The notes under the pieces are model-generated. The model made no database searches. It worked only from the letters and a program-made list of their open reading frames with translations, and had not been told where the DNA came from. A program made the position numbers and the translations under genes. Of a stretch of DNA of 64,000 nucleotides, positions 53,301 through 64,000 are shown piece by piece. This DNA comes from Vicugna vicugna. Lineage: Eukaryota. Where the stretch lies: positions 11,988,184 to 12,052,183 of the forward strand of contig MU058844.1 of assembly GCA_013265495.1 (NCBI GenBank), given 5' to 3'. The stretch's first letter is position 1, and each line of letters starts with the position of its first letter.

Positions 53301-55360
53301 AATCAATAAGAGAAAGGACAAAAAACACATGATCATCTCAATAGATGCAGAAAAAGCTTTTGATAAAATTCAACACCCATTTATGATAAAAACTCTCACC
53401 AAAGTGGGTATAGAGGGAACATATCTCAACATAATAAAAGCTATATATGACAAACCTACAGCCAGCATAGCACTCAACAGTGAAAAACTCAAAAGCTTCC
53501 CACTAAAATCTGGGACAAGACAAGGATGCCCACTATCATCACTCCCATTCAACATAGTCTTGGAAGTCCTAGCCACAGTGATCAGGCAAGAGAGAGAAAT
53601 CAAAGGGATCCAAATTGGAAAAGAAGAGGTAAAAGTGTCACTATATGCAGATGACATGATACTATATACAGAAAACCCTAAAAGGTCCACATAAAAACTA
53701 CTAGAAATAATTGAAGAATTCAGCAAGGTAGCAGTTTACAAAATTAACGTTCAAAAATCAGTTGCATTTCTTTACACTAATGATGAATCAACAGAAAAAG
53801 AAAGTAAAGAAACAATCCCCTTTAAAATAGCACCCAAAGTAATAAAATATTTAGGAGTAAATCTAACCAAGGAGGTGAAAGACTTATACATAGAAAAGTA
53901 TAAAACACTGATGAAGGAAATTAAAGAAGACTTTAAAAAATGAAAAGATATCCCATGCTCCTGGATTGGAAGAATCAATATTGTTAAAATGGTCATACTG
54001 CCCAAGGCAATCTACAGATTTAATGCAATCCCTATCAAATAACCCAGGACATATTTCACAGAACTAGAAAAAAATCATAATAAAATTTGTATGGAACCAC
54101 AAAAGACCTAGAATTACCAAAGCATTACTGAAGAAAAAGAAAGAGGCTGGAGGAATAACTCTCCCAGACTTCAGATAATACTATAGAGCTACAGTAATCA
54201 AGACAGCATGGTATTGGTACAAAAACAAACATATGGACCAATGGAACAGAATAGAGAGCTCAGAAATGAACCCACAAACTTTTGGTCAACTAATCTTCGA
54301 CAAAGGAGGCAAGAATATACAATGGAATAAAGACAGTCTCTTCAGCAAATGGTGTTGGGAAAACTGTACAGCAGCATGTTAATCAGTGAAGCTAGAACAC
54401 TCCCTTACACCATACACAAAAATCAACTCAAAATGGATCAAAGACTTAAACATAAGACAAGATACAATAAACCTCCTAGAGGAAAATATAGGCAAAACAT
54501 TATCTGACATAATCTCAAAAATCCTAGAACAGTCTACTCAAGCAATAGAAATAAAAGCAAGAATAAACAAATGGGACCTAATGAAACTTACAAGCTTCTG
54601 CACAGCAGAGGAAACCATAAGTGAAACAAGAAGACAACCTACGGAATGGGAAAACATTTTTGCATATGAAACCGACAAAGGCTTGATCTCCAGAATATAT
54701 AAGCAGCTCACACAATTTAATAAGAAAAAAAAAAACAACCCAATCCAAAAATGGGCAGAAGACCTAAACAAGCAATTCTCCAAGGAAGAAATACAGATGA
54801 TCAATAGGCACATGAAAAAATGCTCAATATCACTAATTATCAGAGAAATGCAAATTAAAGCTATGATGAGGTATCACCTCACATCAGTCAGGATGGCCAT
54901 CATTCAAAAGTCCACAAATAACAAATGCTGGAGAGGCTGTGGAGAAAAGTGAACCCTCCTACACTGCTGATGGGAATGCAGTTTGGTGCAGCCACTGTGG
55001 AAAACAGTATGGAGATTCCTCAAAAGACTAGGAATAGACTTACCATATGACCCAGGAATCCCGCTCCTGGGCATATATCCAGAAGGGACCCTACTTCAAA
55101 ATGACACCTGCACCCCAGTGTTCATGGCAGCACTATTTACAACAGCCAAGACATGGAAACAGCCTAAATGTCCATCAACAGATGACTGGATAAAGAAGAG
55201 ATGGTATATTTATACAATGGAATACTATTCAGCCATAAAAACCGACAACATAATGCCATTTGCAGCAACATGGATGTTACTCGAGAATGTCATTCTAAGT
55301 GAAGTAAGCCAGAAAGAGAAAGAAAAATACCATATGAGATCGCTCATATGTGGAATCTAA
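53301..55360 (+). pseudogene. L1 ORF2p RT and C-terminal part (endonuclease missing), with stops and frameshifts
   Basis: [44 protein letters not shown]; premature stops at 53692 and 53941. Confidence 0.92.
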
Positions 55361-55694
55361 AAAAATAACAAAAAACAAAAATACAAAACAGAAACAGACT
55401 CATAGACATAGAATACAAACTTGTGGTTGCCAGGGGGACGGTGGGTAGGAAGGGACTGGAATTTCAAAATGTAGACTAGATAAACGAGACTGTACTGTGT
55501 AGCACAGGAAAACATATACAGGATCTTGGGGTGGCTCACAGCGAAAGAGAATGTGACAATGAATGTATGTATGTATTCATGTATAACTGAAAATTTGTGC
55601 TGTATAATGGAATTTGATACAACATTGTAAAATGACTATAACTCAATTTAAAAAAAGTTTATATATGAAAAAACAAACAAACAAAAAACTGAGG

Positions 55695-56445
55695 AAAAAA
55701 AGAGGATATACCAATGGCCAATTACATAAAAAGTGAACAACCTCATTAGTAATCAGAAAAATGCTAATGTAAACCAAGATCAGATAACCTTTCATCTACC
55801 TAAGTGGGTCAAAAACAAAACTGACAATACTAACTGTTGGCAAAGACATGGAAGAGCAAGAACTGCTGGCCAAAGTATATGTGGGTACAACTATTTTGCA
55901 AAGAAAAATTGGTTATTTCTTACTACATTTGAAGATACACATAGTATATGACCCAAAAATAATACTCCTAGACATGTACTCTTAAAAAATATGCATATGG
56001 ACATGAAGACATAGGTACAAGAAAGTTCCTTCAGAATGCCCCCCCCAAAAAAACTGGAAACAACGCATCTGTATAGAGAAATAACCTGTGGTATACTTAT
56101 ACGAGAGATAACTATCCATTAAAGTGAACTATAGATACACATGTCAACATGGATGAACCTAAAAAATATTATGAATTTTTAAAAGTTCAAACCAAAAGAA
56201 TATATACCGTATGATTTCATTTACATAAAGTTTAAAATCTTGTAAAACTCAACTCTGGTTATTAGAAGTCAGGATAGTAGTTACCTTTGGTGAGGGGAAG
56301 GAAGGGGTTTTGACTGGAGTTTGGAGTGCTATCAGTATTCCATTTTTTGACTTTTTAACAATTCATTGAACTATAAATTTACATGCTGTACGGTTTTCTT
56401 GATGTCTAATATGCTTCATAATAAAAAAATTTAGCTAAGAAAAAA
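55695..56445 (+). mobile_element. Old L1M (continuation of 48345-49785) and its 3' end
   Basis: aaaagaggatataccaatggccaat...cctcattagtaatcag is the L1 sequence that directly follows ttgaacaggcacttc. Confidence 0.7.
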
Positions 56446-59076
56446 ATACAGATACATCTACGTCTTTAGCATTCCCATGAATGGTTTCTCCAACAAACAA
56501 CAAAAAAACACATCCAAGTAAGACTGATGAAACTTGTTATTCGTAGGCATTCTTCTTTTTTTAAGATTATGGACCAACTACTGGATTAGGGGAGAGTTTT
56601 GCCTGAGAACAATGTCAAGCTTACCAAGACATGGTCTAATGAATGTCAGAAAATGTGTCCATCTCCTAACTTCAAACATCTCCCACTTTCTAGAGAATGT
56701 GTTATTGTAGTCTATCAACCATAATGCTTATACACATATACTTACATCAGTATAAAACAGTATTTCCAAAGTATCATTACTTCTCTCAATTATTCAGATT
56801 CATCCACCTTACTTAATACCTTCCATTGCAGTGCTAAACGACATTTAAAAAACACATAGCTCTGAGCACCTAACAGGTATTCAAGGTGGTGCAGGCCCAA
56901 AACAGTCAAATTTCAAATCTAGCTCTTGTCTTTACAGAGTTTACAGTCCAGTGGGGAGTCATATCCAATGAAAATCAAGAAGCATCAGCATATTCTTTTC
57001 AACTTTGCCCAACAACAAAACCTTAAAAATGCCAATGAGTTTACACCATTGATAAAAAGGCAATTTCATATGGACAGAATTAATTGAACAGTATGCATAC
57101 AAAATTAATTTGCATATGACTTGATTGTAAATGCATAAAAAGTTTACCATAACTTATGCTTACTTTTGTGGAATAAAAGCTATTTATAATAAAGCTAAAC
57201 TGCTGGCCAAAAGCAGAATAGATTTAATGTATATTGAAATGATTCTTACAGGCTGTTCTCTCACATGGAGGAAACTGCCAGTATGTCCTTAATCCCCTGC
57301 CACTGTTACTTAATATAATTCAGGGTTGGGTTTGGGAGTGAAATTCATTCACTTTATACATAAGTATAAGTAATTTCATTTTTCTATAGCTTAAAAGAAG
57401 GTTTCCATATTGTTCAAACTCATCTAGAAGTCCCTCTTAGATTCAGGATAAAAGTGATCAAGAAAGTGAGATTTTGAAAGGAGTTTTCAGTGATTGGGGT
57501 ATGTCCTACTTCCTAATCTAGCGTTCTCACAGGGATCTTAAGGGAAACACTCTGAGAGCTTTTCTACATTTGTATGTTCCCTGCAATTGAGAGAACACAG
57601 AAACCAGCCCTGGGTGAGGTAAAGTGGCTCGTGGCAGCAGGGGAGAGTAATGCATCTGGGAAGTAAATTGCAGTCTTCTCTGGAGATCAAAGATGTACAC
57701 ATCCTAGAATAAGGTAGGAATTTGCGGTAGGAATGTTTGCCTGAATTCATTTTAAAAAGGGATCCCGCTCAAAAGAGTAATTTGCCAGCATAAGGGGATG
57801 CCTGCAGGAGGAAGCTGTAGATACTGTTGGGAAGAGAAGATGGGGAGAGATCTGAAATGTCCAGCTTAAGGAGAGGACATTACCCAGATCAGGGAGGTGA
57901 AATCTTCAAACGTCTCAGGCAAATAACCATGGTAGAGTTAGCTTTGACATCCCCGAGGTCTCCAGAGAATGAAGCCATGAAGCCACTATCAGCCAGTCAG
58001 AAATACCCTACCTCCATACCTCTCCTCTCTTCCCTGCCTCCCCCACAAAGACCCTAGTTAGTTGGGAAGAGGTGAAAAAAAGAAGGTCCTTCCCAACTGG
58101 CTGAAGTGTGGTAAGGAGGTGCACTGGTACCCAGTCTTGGTTTGGGTGAAGAGGAAGAATTTTTGAATAATAAGACATTTATAAATACACTGAAAAAATA
58201 TTCTAAATTTTAAATTGAAATGTGTTGTGTGATCTAAGGTGACCATACAACTCATATCTAAAAGTGAACAAAAATGTGAAATAACTCATTTCCATCCAGA
58301 GACAGAGAAACAATTCTACTCAGAAGTTTGAAGGAAAAGGAGAGAAGTTTGGAATAGAGATATAGATTAAGGAATCATCAGTCTAAAGAGGAGATCATTC
58401 ACATGAGTTACCTAAATTGAGAAAAGCACCAAAAGCAACATGCCAGGGAAGATCCCAACTGTTTAAGGTCCTACTACCAAAATTATCTCCAAAAATACAA
58501 AAGTGATCATGATAATTAAAATTCTTCAATGGTTCCCTAACCCCTAAAGCCAAAAAAGAAAATCAAAATTCTTTAGCATGTCATTCAACACTCTACCCTG
58601 TCATGATCCCTTTTTAACTTTTCAACTTCATATATTACCACTTTCAAGTTTATTCTTTTATAGTTATATCAAAAAAGCAGAGTTCCTTAGTACAATGTGT
58701 CATTCTACAATTTCAGCATTAGCATATTCAGAAGTGTCACACATCCGCTTGGCAAACTTCTACTTATCCTTAAAATGTCTTCTTGAATCCATTTCCTCTC
58801 ACAAGGCTTCACTTTTTTATACCCAAAACCCTACTCCAGACAAGTTCGCCCCATCTTCCCCAGTGTTCTACTAGCATTTATATACTTCCCCCACACTATC
58901 ATACATACCTAGTTACTCGTCCCCCACTGGATTGTCAGCCCTTATATACTTTCTCAGAACCCCCAAGGTATGACAGAATCCTGGAGGGTAGTAGCCATTC
59001 ATTGATTCTTATGATTCTGAAGGAAACATATGTATGCATATGTACATATATTAGTGTATATGTGCTCCAACCAACA

Positions 59077-59270
59077 CAGTTGACCTTGAACAACTGGGGT
59101 TTTAGGAGTACTCCCCCCTTACAATTGAAAATCCACTTTGCAGTCAGCCCTCTGCAACCATAGATTCAACTAACCGCTGTCATGTAATGCTTCAGTACCT
59201 AGCAGTCAGAAACAATCCACGTATAAATGGACCTGCGCAGCTCAAACCTTTGCTGTTCAAGGGTCAACTG
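59077..59270 (+). mobile_element. Tigger1-derived MITE
   Basis: TIRs cagttgaccttgaac ... gttcaagggtcaactg followed by TA. Confidence 0.85.
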
Positions 59271-60066
59271 TAATTTCCTATAAACCTAAAAAGGTTGTAC
59301 CAAAATTGTCTCTATCAAAAACATATTTATAGCCATTATTTTAGCCATTCTCAATTAAGGCATCGTACCTACACAACAAAAGACAAAAATCTGAAGTATA
59401 TAGCCTATGATTCACTCAGTTAACTCCACCCACATCAAGATAGAAAACACTTCCAAAACTCCATAACTCCCTAATTCTCCCTCCTTCTTAACAATCCTAA
59501 AGATAACCACTATTGTTTCATCACTACAGATTGGTTTTCTGTTTTTAAAACCTCATTTTAAGTGGAATCATACAGTGTGTACCCAATTTGCTTTTTCTCC
59601 CCAACATTAAATCTGGAGGATTCATCTAGTTGTAAGTAAGTAGTAGTAGTTCATTCCTTTTTTTTTTTTTTTTGCTCTTTGTGGAGGAATCGGGGTGTCT
59701 ATGCTTATGTATCCCAATTTATGTACTTGACCAAAATAAAGCCCAATTCAATACTGGGATTTTTAATCATCTGGAACTCCATATCCTAATTCAGGCTTTC
59801 TACACACTTTGTGTTCACAAATGAAGAAAATAAGTAAGTTCACTTTATTTCACATATTTTTCCCAGGATCTATGACCTCTATTCAAGTCAAACAGAATGC
59901 AAAAGAATCAACAGTTCCTGTGTCCGTACTATTGACTGAATAATAAAACCAGACCCAGAAACCATTAAAAAAAATGACTGGAAATTTCTATTGGAATTTT
60001 AACCATTATTCAGAGGCGATATGGCCATTGTTCATGCTTTGATTTCTGATAATGAATTGTTAAATA

Positions 60067-60280
60067 CAGTTGATCTTTGAACAAAGCAGAGGTTAACAGA
60101 GGCTGCCAACCCTTCTATGTCCAAGTGTAACTTCACAGTCAGCCCTCCATATCTCTGGTTCTGCATCCACAGATGTAATCGATCTTCGATGGTATAGTAC
60201 TGCAGTGTGCAAAATAGTGGAAAAATCCACATGTAAGTGGAGGCATGCAGTTCAAACCCATGTTGTTCAAGGTTCAACTG
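60067..60280 (+). mobile_element. Tigger1-derived MITE with TA TSD
   Basis: ta|cagttgatctttgaac ... gttcaaggttcaactg|ta. Confidence 0.88.
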
Positions 60281-60589
60281 TAATCTCTATGTATCTAAAT
60301 CAGTAAATATTAGAAAACTACTGGAATAACGTGACTGTTGGGAAAATGTTTCAAGAATTTTTTGATAAACATCAATACTCATTTACTGTTTAAATACAAA
60401 AAGAAAACTTTAAGTAATAGAAATAGGAATAGGAATAGAAAGAAGCCAAATAGCTTACACCAGAGAATATCATTCAAATGGCGAACAGAATACAAAGAAT
60501 ATGATACCATTTATATAAAGTTTAAAAACATGTAAATCATTATTAAGCATTATTTATAAAGAAAAATATAAGGTCTAAAATCATGTATG

Positions 60590-61556
60590 AAATAATAAGT
60601 CTTTTAATAGGAATAAGATAAAGATGCCCACTACCAATTCAATAAACCCTTATACCATAGACACATCACCACAGTAAGACAAAAAAAAATAATATGGATA
60701 GAAAAGGTAGAAAAATTATTTGCATATAATATTATTGATTATATGGAGAGTTGAGAAAATGTATTTAAAAATTATTTAGAAGAAACAGACATAGCTATCA
60801 TTTATAAGACACCAGCAAAATACACATCTTTATATCAGCAACAATAAAAACAGTGAAAGAAAATATAATTTTAAAACCAATTCCATTAGTAAGAGATACA
60901 TAGAATATAATGTCCCTAGAAGTAAAACTAGAAAAAAATATATTAAGATCTTCATGTTGAAACATCTTATTTTACATTGAAAGACATTAAATTATATACA
61001 TAAATGGAGAGATATATCCATGGGTGGGAGGATTCAATATCACAAAGATGACAGTTGTATTCTAGGTATTCTGTAAGTTCAATTCAGTTCCAAACAAAAT
61101 TTCAACTTATAATTTTTCTATAACTTAAAAGGATGATTATTAAATTCATATGATAGAACAAAGGAATAAGTCTAGCCAAGACAAAATTTTGAAAAATGCA
61201 TGCTTTCATAAACATCAAGATTTTCATAAAACAAGGATATTTAAGACACAGAGGTATTGGACAAAGGGAAAGACAAATTTTGGAACAGAAATATATACCT
61301 CAGAAATAAAAACAGAAGCACCCACATAAAGAATATTAATATGCAATCCAATGAGGAAAGAAATGACAATTTTAAAAACTGATTCTGGGACAACTGGTTA
61401 TCCATATGGAAAAAATAAGACTCATAGAAAAAGATATTTTACACAATACATAAAAAAATGCTAACTCTAATAAAAGATTAGTAAAACTGTCTACCACCAT
61501 TTGTACAACAAAAAGCGAGCACATAACATAGGAAAGCTAGAGACTGGGAAAATCTA

Positions 61557-61602
<46 letters not shown>

Positions 61603-62530
61603 AATCAGAATTCTTACCGAAAAGCCACAAAGGAGACAAAAGACCCAGTAGGAAAAAAGGAGCAAATTATATAAATAGGCAATGGCCACAAGAGGAACCA
61701 CGAATGGCCCAATCAACATATGAAATAATGAAATTTTTCTAAAGAAATGTTAAATGTTAGCAACTGTTGGAAAAGATGTGATAATATTGAAACTTTCATG
61801 AATGGCCAGCAAGTATGTAACTACAGTGCTTGAATAGTGCAAGTGCCATAGTGAGTAATTTGACAAAACCTAGTCTAGTTAAAAGTCAGCAGATCCCAGA
61901 TACATCAATTAAATTTTTACAGAGAAATGCATACACTAAAAGACATGCATGAGAATGTTTATTATGGCATCCTTGGCACTGACAGAAAAAAAAAATTAGA
62001 AATATTCCAAATATCCAAGTATCAGAAATTTAGGTAAGTAAAGTGGGACATATATTTGCATTACACGGTTTATAGCATTTAAAATGAATGATCTAAAGCC
62101 CCACATATCCACACAGACAAACCTTGATGACATAACCATGCTTCAAGTAAGGAAGCTGCATAAGAATTGAGTGTAACATCATTTATAAGAAGTTTAAAAA
62201 CATGTAAAGAAATGCCAAATACCATTTAGAAATACACAGAGACATGGTAAAAGCAAAAAAAAAAATGTAAGAAATGATAAATCTGAAATCAAGATAGTAG
62301 TGTTTTTTTCTGGGGTGAGGACACAGAAATGAGATTGGGGAGGATTTCAAAGGAAGCTTTAATAATGATGCTGTATTCCATGTATTTAAAAAAATTCCTA
62401 AAGCAAAATGTTAAAACGTGGCAGAGGTAGATGTTGAGTACGTCGAGGTGTTATTCTGTGTACTCTGTATGCATATGCACTGTGTTTTTCATAACACTTC
62501 AAATAGTTCACAATAAGAATAAGAAATGTT
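60590..62530 (+). mobile_element. Old L1ME-like ORF2 and 3' remnant
   Basis: taaatggagagatatatccatgg...aattcatatg...tgggacaactggttatccatatgg...gagaatgtttattatggca. Confidence 0.7.
61561..61599. repeat. (GT)n microsatellite
   Basis: Run of gt dinucleotides. Confidence 0.95.
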
Positions 62531-64000
62531 AAAAAAAAAAACAGCAAAAGTGAGAAGTAACAGAATGTAAAAGTACTTATAATAGATAAGTCAACCATAC
62601 AAACTAACTCCAGGGCTATAACAAGGGCTAGAATCTCTCCATGAGTGGCTCTTGACAATGTGCCAAGAGAAGAGGGCTCTTTTTGATGGTCCCATTAACT
62701 GAAGAGTACTGCTGAAATTCACTAGGAGGGAGGGGACATGATAAATGTCTTGCAATACAGTGGATACAATCCAGCACAAGGAAAAATTGTCCCTATGTCA
62801 CCCATTGACAGACACAGTTACTATACCAAGCAGCCCTGGAACATGCCTGACTTGACTAGAGGGTGAATTCAAGACCCTCACCAGGAGAAGATGGTCTTTT
62901 CCTTGAGGCCTTTTATTACTTCTTTAATTCTTTTTTTAATTACTCCCCCACCCCTCAGAGCCTCCTAAGGATCAGCGATTGTTCTAGGACCAGGAAGAGA
63001 AAAGATGCTTGAGGATTTGCCCTGCACCGCCTCCCCCCTGCCCCCCACAAGCTGAGTTCCCAGCTCATCCACTCAGCCAAGGAGTTGGGCTCCACCCAGT
63101 TAACCCTAGGAAATCTTTATGGTCCACCTTGTCTGGCTGTACACAATCAAACAGAGCCTTGGTGCTACTGGCTGCCCTATAAATACCCCGACACGTAAAT
63201 TTATCCTTTTCCACGGTGTCATAGAGAACCTGGCAACCAGAAAGTCAACAAGAACATAACACAAATTTTGCGGGCTTTTGGAAAACTACAACCCAACTTT
63301 GTAAGATAAAACAAATGTTTCTCTTGTATATATCACATATAAAGGAAAAATACTTTAAAAAAGAAAAAACACTGCCTTGCATCAAGCTTCACAAACTACA
63401 TTCTTGTAAAATTCCATCTTTTCCCACTGGTGATACGCAAGAGAAGTAAGAACAGCAGGGAGAACATGACGCTTGCAACGTGGCTGCTCTGCTTCCTTTC
63501 GTAGGCTGGAAACGGTACGTTATTTGCTTTATCAGATAAATTGGCTCTGCAGCCCACATTTAAAAGAACATACATGGGTTTTCAGCAGGAAGTTTGGACT
63601 TGATTAGTTCAAGATAAAAGGCTGCAAGGAGGGTTGAATATGATTCTGAGCCAATAACCATATCTATAATGGAGATGGAACAGTATAAAACATTCATATT
63701 CTTAGGTACTAATGATAAGTAAAAAAAAAAAAAAAAAAGCTTGCATCCCTTAGTTAAATTTGTTTATTGCCTGAAAACTCAAAGCAGTAATTCAAGACCA
63801 AGTGACAGGAAATTACAGTCTCCTGGCTGACATCAATTTGATCTTCAGTAATAGTTCTGAAATGGAGTTTCTAAGCTTTGAAGAGAGGGATAAAACATAT
63901 ACATACACTATTTCCAATAATTCAGGTCACAACCCAGATGCTGTAGCACACATTATGTGTGCTTACAAACATGCAAGGCCTTACTAGGTCATCTTAATCA

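Larger units (their letters stand above)
50175..55684 (+). mobile_element. Young lineage-specific (camelid) LINE-1 with 5' UTR, ORF1, internally deleted ORF2 and 3' UTR; non-functional
   Basis: Starts ggggagaagcaagatggcgg; CpG-rich 5' UTR; ORF1 and ORF2 peptides in the ORF track; A-rich tail; TSD aaaactgag at 50166-50174 and 55685-55693. Confidence 0.95.

Noticed and set aside
50209..54813. Many 60-190 aa ORFs in the L1 5' UTR and antisense to ORF1/ORF2
   Set aside because: Expected from GC-rich UTR composition and antisense shadows of L1 coding sequence.
1..64000. CRISPR arrays, operons, rRNA genes or other prokaryotic systems
   Set aside because: The sequence is clearly mammalian; no spaced direct-repeat arrays or rRNA similarity seen.

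Overview
AT-rich mammalian genomic DNA. Two Vic-1-like tRNA-derived SINEs and the youngest L1 point to a camelid (alpaca, llama or camel). The only host coding sequence I can support is a 72-nt minus-strand exon (45992-45921, MDLSSEMNRHGKSPVSHKLEDQKK|gtaag), which I recognise as an upstream alternative N-terminal exon of a neuron navigator gene, most likely NAV3. Positions 1-45920 would then be intron. Most of the window is decayed MIR, L2, L1M, MER, Tigger and MLT repeats, plus a 5.5-kb internally deleted young L1 nested in two older L1s. The main surprise is two non-repeat inserts on the minus strand: ~2721-3762 (splitting a MIR) and ~18463-18990 (splitting an L2). Translated by hand across frameshifts, both show motifs in the same order as a Mononegavirales L protein (RNA-dependent RNA polymerase). 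The closest match I can recall is rhabdovirus/VSV L: GLFKT*G for GSFRHWGHP, NDNHVIC for GDNQVIC, VVDPIS for FPDPVT, and GILDLL...SRILR for GVADGL...SRTIR. This suggests a fragmented, non-collinear endogenous RNA-virus polymerase fossil. All protein and repeat comparisons are against sequences recalled from memory and need database confirmation.
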